From contig JAFTOG010000023.1 of assembly GCA_017451485.1 (NCBI GenBank), positions 55,313 to 119,312 on the forward strand: DNA of 64,000 bases, in the 5' to 3' direction. Source of the stretch: Clostridia bacterium (GTDB lineage: Bacteria > Bacillota > Clostridia > Oscillospirales > CAG-272). Position 1 is the first letter of the stretch. Each line of letters starts with the position of its first letter. Of the stretch, positions 43,006-53,205 are shown piece after piece. Below the pieces are notes generated by a model. The model saw nothing but the letters and a program-made list of their open reading frames with translations, searched no databases and was not told where the DNA came from. The position numbers and the translations under genes are program-made.

Positions 43006-44094
43006 ATGGAAAGAGTTTATAACTTTTCAGCTGGTCCTTCCATGCTTCCTATCGAGGTTTTGAATAGAGCAGCTAATGAAATGCTTTGCTATGGCGATAG
43101 CGGAATGTCAGTTATGGAGATGAGCCACCGTTCACCTGTATATGACGAGATTATTAAGGATGCAGAAAGACTTCTTCGTAAGATTATGAACATCCCTGAC
43201 AACTACAAGGTGCTTTTCCTTCAGGGTGGTGCATCCACACAGTTTGCAGCAGTTCCCCTTAATCTTATGAACAAGAATAAAAAGGCTGACTATGTTGTAT
43301 CCGGTCAGTTCTCAAATAAGGCATATAAGGAAGCACAGAAGTACGGTGATGTAGTAGTTGCTGCATCCAGCAAGGAAGCTAACTTCTCATATATTCCCAA
43401 GTTTGATAAGTCAAATATTAGACCCGATGCAGACTATGTACATGTATGCTTCAATAATACAATTTACGGTACAAAGTTCCCCTACATACCTGACACAGGA
43501 GATATTCCTCTTGTTGCTGATATGTCCTCCTGCATCATTTCTGAGCCCATTGATGTAAACAAGTTTGGCGTTATCTACGCAGGTGCTCAGAAGAATATGG
43601 CTCCCGCAGGTCTTACAATCGTTATTATTAGGGAGGATCTTATGGGTAATGCCCGTGAAGATATTCCCACTATGCTTGATTATAAGACGATGGCTGATAA
43701 TGATTCTATGTATAATACTCCTCCTTGCTATTGCATTTATATTGCAAAGCTTGTTTACGAGTGGATTGACAGTCTTGGTGGACTTGAAAAGATGAAGGAA
43801 ATGAACGAAAAGAAGGCAAAGGTTCTTTACGATTATCTTGACAGCCAGGATTATTATATTGCACCCGTACAGAAGGATAGCCGCTCCTTGATGAATGTTA
43901 CTTTCGTTACAGGAGATGCAGACCTTGATAAGAAGTTTGCTTCTGAAGCAGGTAAGGCGGGTCTTAAGAATCTTAAGGGTCACCGTTCAGTTGGTGGTAT
44001 GAGAGCTTCTATATACAACGCAATGCCATACGACGGTGTAGTTGCTCTTGTTGAATTTATGAAGAAATTTGCAGAAGAAAATCCCAAAGCATAA
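43006..44094 (+). CDS. serC: Phosphoserine aminotransferase SerC
   Basis: YNFSAGPSMLP, and the PLP-lysine context GAQKNMAPAGLTIVI. About 362 aa. Confidence 0.9.
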   Translation: MERVYNFSAGPSMLPIEVLNRAANEMLCYGDSGMSVMEMSHRSPVYDEIIKDAERLLRKIMNIPDNYKVLFLQGGASTQFAAVPLNLMNKNKKADYVVSGQFSNKAYKEAQKYGDVVVAASSKEANFSYIPKFDKSNIRPDADYVHVCFNNTIYGTKFPYIPDTGDIPLVADMSSCIISEPIDVNKFGVIYAGAQKNMAPAGLTIVIIREDLMGNAREDIPTMLDYKTMADNDSMYNTPPCYCIYIAKLVYEWIDSLGGLEKMKEMNEKKAKVLYDYLDSQDYYIAPVQKDSRSLMNVTFVTGDADLDKKFASEAGKAGLKNLKGHRSVGGMRASIYNAMPYDGVVALVEFMKKFAEENPKA

Positions 44095-44107
44095 AGAAGG
44101 TATAGAA

Positions 44108-45268
44108 ATGAAAAATATAAAGCTTATGAATAAGATCGCAAAGGTTGGAACAGATATTTTCAGCCCTGCGAAGTATACAGTATCTGATACTTGCGAAGCT
44201 CCCGATGCTATAATGGTTCGTTCCGCAAAGCTTCATGATATGGAAATGCCCGAGACACTTACAGCTATTGCTCGCTGTGGTGCAGGTGTGAACAATATTC
44301 CTGTTGAAAAGTGCACAGAGAAGGGTATTGTAGTATTCAACACTCCCGGTGCAAATGCAAACGGTGTTAAGGAGCTTGCAATTTGTGCTCTTATCCTTGC
44401 GGCAAGAGATGTTGTTGGCGGTATTGAATGGGTTAAGACACTCGAGGGTACTGAAGGTGTTGCAAAGGCAGTTGAGGCAGGTAAGGGTGCTTATGTAGGT
44501 AATGAGCTCATCGGTAAGAAGCTGGGCGTAATTGGTCTTGGTGCAATTGGTGGTATGGTTGCTAACGCTGCTAATGCACTTGGTATGGTTGTAGTAGGAT
44601 GTGACCCTTATATCACACCTGCTGCTGCATGGCATCTTGCTCCTTCTATTGAGCAGGCTGCAAGCTATGATGAAATCTTTAAGACATGTGATTATATTAC
44701 TCTTCATGTTCCTGCGACAGCACAGACAAAGAATATGATCTGTGAAAAGAGCATTGCTATGATGAAGGATGGCGTAAAGATCATCAACCTTGCAAGAGCA
44801 GAGCTTGTTAATGCTGAGGATATGAAGAAGGCACTTGAAAGCAAGAAGGTTTCCAAGTATGTTACAGACTTCCCCACAGATGAGACAGTTGGTGCCGCCG
44901 GAATTATCAATATTCCTCACCTTGGTGCTTCTACTAACGAGTCTGAGGACCACTGTGCTGTAATGGCTGCAAAGCAGCTTGACGAGTACCTTACAAACGG
45001 TAATATCAAGAACAGTGTAAACTATCCTAATGTTGCAATCCCCCACACAGCAAGTGCTCGTGTATGTGTAATGCATAAGAATGTTCCCAATATGCTCTCT
45101 CAGATTACTTCTGCATTTGCTTCTGTAAATGTTAATATTGAGAACCTCGCAAACGGCTCAAAGGGTGATGCGGCTTATACAATTGTAGAAACCAACGAGA
45201 AGGTTGACGACGATGTTGTTAAGACAGTAATGAACATTGACGGAGTTATAAAAGTAAACTGTTATTAA
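44108..45268 (+). CDS. serA: D-3-phosphoglycerate dehydrogenase SerA
   Basis: GAGVNNIP, the NAD-binding IGLGAIGGMVA, and a C-terminal ACT-like domain. AAGAAGG RBS before the ATG at 44108. Confidence 0.9.
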   Translation: MKNIKLMNKIAKVGTDIFSPAKYTVSDTCEAPDAIMVRSAKLHDMEMPETLTAIARCGAGVNNIPVEKCTEKGIVVFNTPGANANGVKELAICALILAARDVVGGIEWVKTLEGTEGVAKAVEAGKGAYVGNELIGKKLGVIGLGAIGGMVANAANALGMVVVGCDPYITPAAAWHLAPSIEQAASYDEIFKTCDYITLHVPATAQTKNMICEKSIAMMKDGVKIINLARAELVNAEDMKKALESKKVSKYVTDFPTDETVGAAGIINIPHLGASTNESEDHCAVMAAKQLDEYLTNGNIKNSVNYPNVAIPHTASARVCVMHKNVPNMLSQITSAFASVNVNIENLANGSKGDAAYTIVETNEKVDDDVVKTVMNIDGVIKVNCY

Positions 45269-45284
45269 TTTTTTAGGTGAATAT

Positions 45285-46529
45285 ATGATTACGGTTAAAC
45301 CATTTTTTGCATTAAGACCTCAAGGTGATTTTGTAGAAGAATGTGCTGCACTTCCTTATGATGTTATGTCGAGTGAAGAGGCAAGGATAGAGGTAGAGGG
45401 TAAGCCCTATTCCTTCTTACACATTGATAAGGCTGAAATCGACCTTGACAATAATGTAAACATATACGATGAGCAGGTATATGCCAAGGCTTCTTCTAAC
45501 CTGAGGGAGTTTGAGGATAAGGGAGTATATATCAACGACAGTAAAAAAAGATACTATTTTTACCGTCAGATTATGGATGGCAGAGCACAGACAGGTATAG
45601 TAGGCTGTGCGTCAATTGATGATTATCTTGAAAACAGGATTAAAAAGCATGAGTTTACCCGTGCTGATAAGGAAATTGACAGAATAAAGCATGTAGACAC
45701 TTGCTCTGCACATACAGGACCTATTTTTCTCACTTACAAGGACAGTGCTACTCTTGATGAAATTATTGTAAAGGAAACTGAAAAGACTCCTATATATGAT
45801 TTTACATCAGATGACGGAATAAGACATACAGTCTGGGCAACTGATGATAAGTCAGTTGATGAAGCTATTGAAAAGGCGTTTTCATCTCTTGACGCTTTAT
45901 ATATTGCTGATGGACACCACCGTGCCGCATCAGCCGTTAAGGTTGGAGTAAAGAGAAGACAGGAAAACCCTGATTATAACGGAAATGAGGAGTTTAATTT
46001 CTTTTTATCTGTTATTTTCCCTTCAAAATCTCTTAAAATTCTTGATTATAACAGACTTATTAAGGATCTGAACGGATTAAATCCTGATGAATTTCTTAGC
46101 ATTATATCCAAAAAGGTAGGAACTGTAGAACAATTCGAGGATTTAGGACAATATAGACCGGAGGGTCCTCATACAGTTGGTATATATGTAAACAAAAAAT
46201 GGTATAAGGTTAAATTCTATGAGGAAATCTGTAGTGCAGATTCTCCTGTTGACCGACTTGACTGTGCTATACTTCAAAAAAATGTTCTTTCAGCAATTCT
46301 TGGAATCGAAGATCCCAGAAGCGATAAGAGAATAGATTTTGCAGGTGGTATCCGTGGTCTTGAATACCTTGAAGAAAGATGTAATCAGGATATGGTAATG
46401 GCTATTGCTATGTATCCGACATCTCTTGATGAGCTTATTGCTGTAGCTGATTCAGGTGCTGTTATGCCACCTAAATCCACATGGTTTGAGCCAAAATTGA
46501 GAAGTGGAATTTTAATTCACAAAATATAA
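45285..46529 (+). CDS. DUF1015 domain-containing protein
   Basis: PFFALRP..., ALPYDV, and the ADGHHRAASA motif characteristic of DUF1015. About 414 aa. Confidence 0.8.
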   Translation: MITVKPFFALRPQGDFVEECAALPYDVMSSEEARIEVEGKPYSFLHIDKAEIDLDNNVNIYDEQVYAKASSNLREFEDKGVYINDSKKRYYFYRQIMDGRAQTGIVGCASIDDYLENRIKKHEFTRADKEIDRIKHVDTCSAHTGPIFLTYKDSATLDEIIVKETEKTPIYDFTSDDGIRHTVWATDDKSVDEAIEKAFSSLDALYIADGHHRAASAVKVGVKRRQENPDYNGNEEFNFFLSVIFPSKSLKILDYNRLIKDLNGLNPDEFLSIISKKVGTVEQFEDLGQYRPEGPHTVGIYVNKKWYKVKFYEEICSADSPVDRLDCAILQKNVLSAILGIEDPRSDKRIDFAGGIRGLEYLEERCNQDMVMAIAMYPTSLDELIAVADSGAVMPPKSTWFEPKLRSGILIHKI

Positions 46530-46534
46530 ATTAA

Positions 46535-46570
46535 AAGAGTGCGTTATAATGTAAACGCACTCTTTTTTTA
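46535..46570. terminator. Bidirectional terminator between DUF1015 and the MFS gene
   Basis: 11-bp stem aagagtgcgtt (46535-46545) / aacgcactctt (46554-46564), then tttttt. An A-run lies upstream. Confidence 0.85.
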
Positions 46571-46577
46571 ACATATG

Positions 46578-47798
46578 CTATCTGTTGAAGATTTTTTTAT
46601 ATGATAGAATCATAATAAAAACGCCAAAAATCATTAGTCCCATCCAAATAAGAATAAGATTTCCCCAACCGATTTCTGAAACAGAGTTTGCAAAAAGGGA
46701 GCTTGACGCTGCAGCGGCCATATAGCTTAAAAAATCAAGAAATCCTGTTGCACTTGACACCATACCAGTATCACGAAGGCTTGGACAGTATCTGCTCCAG
46801 AGCATTGCAGCAGAGCAGTTTGAGGTGAGTACAGCAAGTATTATAAGTATTACATTTATAATAGGGTGTTTTACCAAATAAACCCCAAGGAAAAACAGAG
46901 AAGAAAGGATAAACATTAATAAAATAGTTGCATCCATATTTCTTTTGAGTCTTTCATAAACAAATACCGCTATAAAAGCTGACATTGCAATAACTAATGT
47001 TGCTACAGTGAATATTGTTGGAGCAATCTTAGTATCGAAACCGAGATACTGAGAGAAATATGTTGGTAACCAGAATACTACAGCAGTTCGTACTACTCCT
47101 GTGATAATCGAAATGAAGGAAAATGTAATAATTCTGTTTTTTACAAGTACCCTAATACCTGCTATAAAAGAGTTATCCAGGCGTTCGGCTTCTTTTCTGA
47201 TCTCATATTTCCCGTATTGTACAATACCTTTTCTTTCAAAATATATGAAAAATACAAGACATAGAGCAGACATTAACAAAAGTGCAACACTACTTGTAAT
47301 AAATACACTTTGCCATACAAGAATTGATGCTACAACACCTGCAAGTGGAGAACCCAATAGTGCTGCCACCTCATATCCAAGACTACATCTTACAGCATGT
47401 ACGGGATTTGTGTTTTCTGCAACCACCTTTGTCATAGGAGCATATATCATAGATAGGAAAAAGCCTGTCATAGCGTAAAGAAATTTTGCTGCATTTTGAT
47501 ATATAAAGACAAATGGAAAAGCAAGATTTGTCACACCAGCCAAAAGTAATCCAAAAGCAATCATATATTTTGCCTTTATTTTATCTCCTATAATTCCATT
47601 TATAAGCTGACCAACAGCATAGAATATGAAATATAAGGATGATACAACTCCAATATATTCAACAGTTGCATCATTTCCTGCAACTATTTGTGGAGTTACG
47701 GCACTTAGAATATTTCTTGCAAAATATACAGCAAGATAAGAGGCAGAGCATAGTCCACCAATTAATACGGCATTTTTTGCATCCTTAGAGAGCTTCAA
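46578..47798 (-). CDS. MFS transporter
   Basis: 406 aa with about 12 hydrophobic helices in a 6+6 arrangement around a central loop (ERKGIVQYGKYEIRKEAERLD). It is co-directional with and 27 nt downstream of the GH3 gene. Confidence 0.7.
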   Translation of the reverse strand: MKLSKDAKNAVLIGGLCSASYLAVYFARNILSAVTPQIVAGNDATVEYIGVVSSLYFIFYAVGQLINGIIGDKIKAKYMIAFGLLLAGVTNLAFPFVFIYQNAAKFLYAMTGFFLSMIYAPMTKVVAENTNPVHAVRCSLGYEVAALLGSPLAGVVASILVWQSVFITSSVALLLMSALCLVFFIYFERKGIVQYGKYEIRKEAERLDNSFIAGIRVLVKNRIITFSFISIITGVVRTAVVFWLPTYFSQYLGFDTKIAPTIFTVATLVIAMSAFIAVFVYERLKRNMDATILLMFILSSLFFLGVYLVKHPIINVILIILAVLTSNCSAAMLWSRYCPSLRDTGMVSSATGFLDFLSYMAAAASSSLFANSVSEIGWGNLILIWMGLMIFGVFIMILSYKKIFNR

Positions 47799-47825
47799 TT
47801 TTATACCTCTTAATAGCTTGATAAA

Positions 47826-49703
47826 TTAAAATTTTACTGTTACAGTTTCTCCGACTTTAACAAAAACCTTAGTAAAATCAAGGAGATTTGGGTGTGGCTC
47901 GTACTCGAACTTCAATACTGCATATTCTGTATCCATTCCGCCCTTATTTGTTATTTCAACAGTTGACTCATCTATCCATTTTTCTTCTATATCGCCATAG
48001 GTCAAGCCATAGCCGAATGTATAGAGAGGAGTACCCTTGAAATATTTATATGTTCTGTTTTCCATGCTGTAATCTCTAAATGGAGGCAAATCACTGTCAT
48101 CCTTATAAAAAGTTACGGGAAGACGACCACTGGGAGATGCTTTACCTAAAATTACATCTGCAAGAGCATTACCACCCTCGGCTCCGGGATAAAAGCATTG
48201 AATAACCGCATCGCAGGATTTGTCCTGTTCTTCCAGTGATATACAGCTACCACTTATATTAACAAATATTGTAGGCTTACCTATTGCCATAACCCTTTCA
48301 AAGAGCTGTCTTTGAGGTATTGGAAGATTGATATCCTTTTTATCTCCGGCTACATCTCCGTTAAAGGTATCGCCCTCTTCCCCCTCCATAGAGGGATTAA
48401 GACCCATAAACATAATTACAACATCAGCCTTTTTGGCGACAATCTCAGCCTCACGCATTGGACTTCCACTCCAGTTACCGGTATTTGGGTCGTGAGGATG
48501 ACAGCCCGTAGCGTAAAGCACCTTACCGTCGAAGTTGTCCTGGAGACCACGGAGAGGAGTATAGTATATAGATGGAGTACCGTTGTAGTTACCTTTAAGT
48601 ATTCTTGCATCGTCTGCATTTGGTCCGATTACGGCAATAGTCTTTACATCCTTTGATAGTGGTAAAATACCGTTATTTTTGAGCAAAACTATACCTTCCT
48701 GTGCCATTTTTCTATTGAGTGCACGGTGCTCATCACATTCCACTACATCATAAGGAATATTGTTATATTCACAGTCGTCATCAAACATTCCAAGACGGAA
48801 ACGGGATTCAAACAGCTTCTCAACTGCCTCAGTAATAGTTTCCTCGGTGATAAGGTCCATTTCATATGCTTCCCAGAGACTTAAATATGCGTCTCCACAG
48901 TTAAGCTGACATCCGTTATTTACAGCAAGAGCAACGCTTTCAGGCTCGGTAGCAGTAACCTTATGTCCGGCATGGAAATCCCTTATAGCTCCACAGTCAG
49001 ACACAACATATCCCTTAAATCCAAACTCTCCGTAAAGAATATCCTTAAGAAGCCTCTTACTGCCACAGCAGGGCTCACCGTTTACACGGTTGTAGGCTCC
49101 CATAACAGCAGATGGGTCAGCGTGGTCTATACAGTATTTGAAAGCACTTAAGTATGTTTCGTACAAATCCTTATCAGAAACAACAGCATCAAAGCCATGG
49201 CGTTCATATTCGGGGCCACTATGTACTGCGTAGTGCTTAATTGTTGCATCAAGCTTACGGTATTTTCCGTTACCCTGTAAGCCCTTTATAAATGCTGAAC
49301 CCATTTTACCGGTAAGAAGAGGATCCTCACCATATGTTTCGTGACCTCTGCCCCAACGGGGATCTCTGAATATGTTAATGTTAGGTGACCAGAAGGTAAG
49401 TCCCTGATACAGCTCTGTACTTCCAAATTTTTTGAATTCATTATATTTAGCTCTTGCCTCATCGGAAATAGCAGTTGCTACCTTTTCCATAAGCTCTGTA
49501 TTGTAGCTTGCCGCAAGGCCGATAGCTTGTGGAAAAACTGTTGCACAGCCCTGTCTTGCCACACCGTGGAGACACTCACTCCACCAGTTATATGCAGGAA
49601 TATTAAGACGGGGAATAGCAGGTGCATCATATCTCATTTGTGCCATTTTTTCCTCTATGGTCATTTTTGCAACTAATTCTTTTGCTCTTTCCTTAAAATT
49701 CAT
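47826..49703 (-). CDS. Glycoside hydrolase family 3 (beta-glucosidase / beta-xylosidase-like)
   Basis: KHYAVHSGPE and the nucleophile context GYVVSDCGAI. N- and C-terminal GH3 domains. No signal peptide. AAGGAGA RBS. Confidence 0.85.
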   Translation of the reverse strand: MNFKERAKELVAKMTIEEKMAQMRYDAPAIPRLNIPAYNWWSECLHGVARQGCATVFPQAIGLAASYNTELMEKVATAISDEARAKYNEFKKFGSTELYQGLTFWSPNINIFRDPRWGRGHETYGEDPLLTGKMGSAFIKGLQGNGKYRKLDATIKHYAVHSGPEYERHGFDAVVSDKDLYETYLSAFKYCIDHADPSAVMGAYNRVNGEPCCGSKRLLKDILYGEFGFKGYVVSDCGAIRDFHAGHKVTATEPESVALAVNNGCQLNCGDAYLSLWEAYEMDLITEETITEAVEKLFESRFRLGMFDDDCEYNNIPYDVVECDEHRALNRKMAQEGIVLLKNNGILPLSKDVKTIAVIGPNADDARILKGNYNGTPSIYYTPLRGLQDNFDGKVLYATGCHPHDPNTGNWSGSPMREAEIVAKKADVVIMFMGLNPSMEGEEGDTFNGDVAGDKKDINLPIPQRQLFERVMAIGKPTIFVNISGSCISLEEQDKSCDAVIQCFYPGAEGGNALADVILGKASPSGRLPVTFYKDDSDLPPFRDYSMENRTYKYFKGTPLYTFGYGLTYGDIEEKWIDESTVEITNKGGMDTEYAVLKFEYEPHPNLLDFTKVFVKVGETVTVKF

Positions 49704-49735
49704 AGTTTTCTCCTTAGTGTGGTTTAATTACCTTA

Positions 49736-49764
49736 ATTATATCCCAAACATAGTCTAAATTCAA
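49736..49764 (-). promoter_or_regulatory. Sigma-A promoter for the GH3-MFS operon
   Basis: On the - strand: TTGAAT (49764-49759), a 17-nt spacer, TATAAT (49741-49736). Confidence 0.7.
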
Positions 49765-49787
49765 GTCATATACAGATTTTAGATAAA

Positions 49788-49824
49788 AGCAAAAAGGAAC
49801 TTTTGCGTGTCAAAAGTTCCTTTT
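49788..49824 (-). terminator. Rho-independent terminator directly after tRNA-Leu
   Basis: On the - strand: GGAACTTTTG-acacg-CAAAAGTTCC (49820-49796), followed by TTTTTGC. Confidence 0.85.
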
Positions 49825-49825
49825 A

Positions 49826-49910
49826 TGGTGCAGGAAATGAGATTTGAACTCACAAGAATTTCTTCATTGGCTTCTGAGACCAACGCGTATGCCAATTCCG
49901 CCACTCCTGC
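49826..49910 (-). tRNA. tRNA-Leu (anticodon CAG), class II with long variable arm, CCA encoded
   Basis: The reverse complement reads GCAGGAGTGGCGGAATTGGCATACGCGTTGGTCTCAGAAGCCAATGAAGAAATTCTTGTGAGTTCAAATCTCATTTCCTGCACCA. The acceptor stem is GCAGGAG/TTCCTGC. The anticodon stem is TTGGT/GCCAA with loop CTCAGAA (CAG). The T-loop is GTTCAAATC. Confidence 0.9.
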
Positions 49911-49941
49911 ATATAAATAACAAGCAGAGAAGTACTTGCTA

Positions 49942-50466
49942 TTATTTATTAATCAATAGCTTATTCCTTTTTACAGGAATCTTTTTGGTAAGAAAGGCAC
50001 GAAGATATGCCTCGTTTCCTTCAGTAATTTCACTTTTTGTAATTATAAGAGCACTGTTTTTGTTTAAGAACAAATAAAATGCTTTTTTATTTTCACAAGC
50101 CTTAAAAATCATCTTATACTCATATGATGAGCAATTATTTTTTGATTTTGTATTTGAGGTTACCTGTATTTTATCTTCTGTAAATACAAATGTGTTGACA
50201 ATGGGATTTGCATCATTGAATTTTCTCAGTCGAATTATAGGCTTTAAGAAATAGCTGTATGCTATAACAGTATCAATTGCAAGTATAAGAATAAGTGTAA
50301 GAGAGAATACAAGCTGATTATTGGTTCCTATGGATACAATAAAAGCTACAAGCAATACAAGGGTTGCAACTCCCACCGTAATAGCATCAGCTTTAGATTT
50401 TACAGCTCTGAATTTCATAAGAGCTGTATAAGCAGCCCTGTCATAGGTTACCTTTGCTTTTATCAT
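49942..50466 (-). CDS. YcxB-like membrane protein (two central TM helices), function unknown
   Basis: 174 aa. The two-TM core (ITVGVATLVLLVAFIVSIG, LVFSLTLILILAIDTVIAYSYF) flanked by soluble halves resembles the YcxB-like family. This is a weak assignment from memory. Confidence 0.4.
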   Translation of the reverse strand: MIKAKVTYDRAAYTALMKFRAVKSKADAITVGVATLVLLVAFIVSIGTNNQLVFSLTLILILAIDTVIAYSYFLKPIIRLRKFNDANPIVNTFVFTEDKIQVTSNTKSKNNCSSYEYKMIFKACENKKAFYLFLNKNSALIITKSEITEGNEAYLRAFLTKKIPVKRNKLLINK

Positions 50467-50478
50467 AGCTTTTCTCCG

Positions 50479-51009
50479 TTAGCCGAGGAACTTTTCCTTA
50501 TATGCTGCCTTACACTTGTTTATAGCGTCTATCGCAGCCTGTCTGCCTTCTATCTTATCAACTCTTGTTGTCTTGTTCTCAAGGAATTTATAAACCTCAA
50601 AGAAGTGCTTGATCTCCTCAAACTGATGTTTGGGAAGCTCTGTGATATCGTTATATGAGTTGAGATTGGGGTCCTTAACAGGTATAGCGATAATTTTTTC
50701 GTCAACTTCATTTTCATCAATCATATAAAGTATACCGATAGGGTAGCATTGAACTATAGACATAGGCTCAAGAGGCTCCTGACATATTACGAGTACATCA
50801 AGAGGGTCATGGTCCTCAGAAAGAGTACGGGGAATAAATCCATAGTTTGCAGGATAATGAGTAGAAGTGTAAAGTATTCTGTCAAGACGCAAAAGACCGC
50901 TACGCTTATCAAGCTCATATTTATTCTTGCTTCCTCTGGGAATTTCGATTACAGCAATAAAGTCGTCAACGGTGATTCTTTCATCATCAAAATCGTGCCA
51001 AGGATTCAT
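50479..51009 (-). CDS. ppa: Inorganic pyrophosphatase, family I
   Basis: [15 protein letters not shown] and [19 protein letters not shown]. About 176 aa. AGGAGG RBS. Confidence 0.9.
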   Translation of the reverse strand: MNPWHDFDDERITVDDFIAVIEIPRGSKNKYELDKRSGLLRLDRILYTSTHYPANYGFIPRTLSEDHDPLDVLVICQEPLEPMSIVQCYPIGILYMIDENEVDEKIIAIPVKDPNLNSYNDITELPKHQFEEIKHFFEVYKFLENKTTRVDKIEGRQAAIDAINKCKAAYKEKFLG

Positions 51010-51047
51010 AAAAACCTCCTATGAACTTTTATCAAATTCGCATACAT

Positions 51048-51076
51048 ATTATACACTTATTATCCCCGTATGTCAA
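51048..51076 (-). promoter_or_regulatory. Consensus sigma-A promoter for ppa
   Basis: On the - strand: TTGACA (51076-51071), a 17-nt spacer, TATAAT (51053-51048). Confidence 0.8.
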
Positions 51077-51105
51077 GTGATTTTACTTCAAAAAATAAAA
51101 AACCC

Positions 51106-51134
51106 TTGACATGTGTCTGTAATAATGATAAAAT
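51106..51134 (+). promoter_or_regulatory. Sigma-A promoter (extended -10) for the hypothetical/aminotransferase pair
   Basis: TTGACA (51106-51111), a 17-nt spacer, then TGaTAAAAT (TAAAAT 51129-51134). Confidence 0.8.
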
Positions 51135-51179
51135 TTATCTGTAAAAGTATATTCAACACAATTATTGGAGGTTTTTACA

Positions 51180-51935
51180 ATGAAGGATCAAAAAACCCTT
51201 GCATATATAAATTTGTTCTCAATACTCGGCTCCATTCCAAAGCTTTGTAAGGAGTGTAAGGAGGCTCGTGATTTAATCAGCAACGATAAGGTTTCCATTG
51301 GATTTTCTGTAAAGAACGGACCTAAAGCAACCCTTGTATTCAATAGGGGTGAGTGCTATATGGTTGAGGGTGTAAAAAAATGCAATATAAAGCTCTCATT
51401 TTCCACCTGTGAGAAATTTAATGGTATGATAGACGGGACAGTAACTCCAATTCCCCGAAAAGGTCTGCTAAGAGTTATGTTTCTGCTTAAGAAATTCATG
51501 CCTCTTACCGATATTTTATCGAAATATCTAAGAGCTACAGAAGAGGATCTTAAGGACGCAGAATTTTTTAGGACAAGCACCTTGCTTATGTTTAATGTGA
51601 TAACAGAGGCAATGGCACAGATAGGCAACCACGATAAAATTGGAATGGCAAGTGCAGGTTATATCATTGATGGAGATGCCAAAATAAATATTGCTGGCTC
51701 AGAAAGTGCTTATATTTCGGCTAAAGACCATGTTTTGACAGCTCATCACAGAGAGCCGGACGATTATGATGCATATATGACCTTTGAAAGTCTTGAGCTC
51801 GCCCGTGACCTTTTTGACGGTAAGGTAAATGCAGTTGCCTCGGTCGGTCTGGGACAGGTGCGTGTGGGTGGTATGATATCAATGGTAGACAATCTCAATA
51901 GAATACTCGACAGAGTATCATTCTATCTTGCTTAA
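51180..51935 (+). CDS. Hypothetical cytosolic protein (no family recognised)
   Basis: 251 aa with no TM or signal peptide. GGAGG lies 8 nt upstream of the ATG at 51180. It sits 11 nt upstream of the class III aminotransferase gene. Confidence 0.5.
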   Translation: MKDQKTLAYINLFSILGSIPKLCKECKEARDLISNDKVSIGFSVKNGPKATLVFNRGECYMVEGVKKCNIKLSFSTCEKFNGMIDGTVTPIPRKGLLRVMFLLKKFMPLTDILSKYLRATEEDLKDAEFFRTSTLLMFNVITEAMAQIGNHDKIGMASAGYIIDGDAKINIAGSESAYISAKDHVLTAHHREPDDYDAYMTFESLELARDLFDGKVNAVASVGLGQVRVGGMISMVDNLNRILDRVSFYLA

Positions 51936-51946
51936 GGAGGTTAGTT

Positions 51947-53197
51947 ATGCACAAGCTTAATGATTATACAAAGAGCAAAGAATATTTCAGGAGAGCTGTA
52001 AATGTTATCCCATCAGGTATTTACGGACACCAGGGACCTGCCGAGGGGTGTTATGTTCCCATAGAGGCCTTTCCGTTCTTTTCCGACAGAGCACAGGGCT
52101 CATATGTCTGGGATGTTGACGGAAACCGTTTTATAGATTATATGTGTGCATATGGTCCTAATATTTTGGGATATAATGACCCCGATGTTGACGAGGCAGC
52201 GGCTAAACAGAGAGAAAAAGGTGACTGTATTACTTTTCCGTCCACTAAAATGATAGAATTTGCGGAGCTTCTTGTTGATACAGTTGCAAGTGCAGATTGG
52301 GCTTTCTTTGCAAAGAACGGTAATGATGTTACTACACTTGCAATAATGACTGCAAGAGCGTATACGAGAAGTAAAAAGATTATTTTCTTTAAGGGTTATT
52401 ATCACGGTGTTTCTCCATGGACTCAAAAAATTGACTATTCGGGTATTATCGAAGAGGATATTTGTAATAATATTTACCTTGATTGGAATGATATTACAGC
52501 AGTACAGGAAACCTTTGAAAAATATAAAGGACAGATTGCGGCGGTAATTGGGCAACCTTATATGCACGGCAATTTCCGTGATAACGAGATGCCTGAACGG
52601 GATTTTTGGAAAAAAGTAAGAAACATTTGTACAGAAAACGGAACAGTGCTTGTAGTTGATGATGTCCGTGCAGGCTTCAGAATGGATCTTGCCGGTTCAG
52701 ACCATTATTTTGGATTTGAAGCCGATCTTATATGCTTCTGCAAGGCTCTTGCTAACGGCTATAATGTCTCAGCCCTTTGCGGTAAGGAATTTTTGAAGAA
52801 TACTGTATCCGGTATGTCATATACGGGAAGCTACTGGCTTTCTGCTGTGCCCTTTGCAGCAGGTATTGCATGTATTAACAAGCTTAAAAAAATAAATGCT
52901 CCAAAAATCCTTATTGATAAAGGTATAAAGCTTAAAAACGGACTTGTAGATACGGCTAAGAAATATGGTTATGACCTTAGAGTAACAGGAATCGAATCCT
53001 TATTTTATCTGCGTCTTGCTGATGATCCTACCCTTATGCTTCATCAGGAGTGGATTGCAGAGTGTGTGAAGCGTGGAGTATTTTTTACCAATCATCACAA
53101 TCACTTTATCAATGCTTCATTATCTGATGAAGATATAAAGGAAACTATTGATATAGCTGACGAAGCTTTTTCTGTAATCAAAAACAGACACTCTTGA
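51947..53197 (+). CDS. Class III (GSA-aminomutase-like) PLP-dependent aminotransferase
   Basis: GSYVWDVDGNRFIDY, VVDDVRAGFR, and the PLP-lysine context FCKALANGYNVSA. 416 aa. Confidence 0.8.
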   Translation: MHKLNDYTKSKEYFRRAVNVIPSGIYGHQGPAEGCYVPIEAFPFFSDRAQGSYVWDVDGNRFIDYMCAYGPNILGYNDPDVDEAAAKQREKGDCITFPSTKMIEFAELLVDTVASADWAFFAKNGNDVTTLAIMTARAYTRSKKIIFFKGYYHGVSPWTQKIDYSGIIEEDICNNIYLDWNDITAVQETFEKYKGQIAAVIGQPYMHGNFRDNEMPERDFWKKVRNICTENGTVLVVDDVRAGFRMDLAGSDHYFGFEADLICFCKALANGYNVSALCGKEFLKNTVSGMSYTGSYWLSAVPFAAGIACINKLKKINAPKILIDKGIKLKNGLVDTAKKYGYDLRVTGIESLFYLRLADDPTLMLHQEWIAECVKRGVFFTNHHNHFINASLSDEDIKETIDIADEAFSVIKNRHS

Positions 53198-53205
53198 TAC
53201 AGGAT

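Noticed and set aside
43411-43983. 190-aa minus-strand ORF antisense to serC
   Set aside because: Same reasoning as above: an antisense shadow ORF within a confidently identified gene.
44057-45076. 339-aa ORF on the minus strand, Cys-rich, fully antisense to serA
   Set aside because: It lies entirely inside the well-supported serA gene. Its composition (many C/N/I/L codons) is what the reverse complement of a codon-biased gene produces. It has no RBS and resembles no protein family.
49911-49941. Dedicated promoter for tRNA-Leu between the tRNA and the ycxB-like gene
   Set aside because: Only 31 nt are available, and no acceptable -35/-10 pair was found. The tRNA may be co-transcribed with ppa and the ycxB-like gene, or use a promoter inside the upstream ORF.
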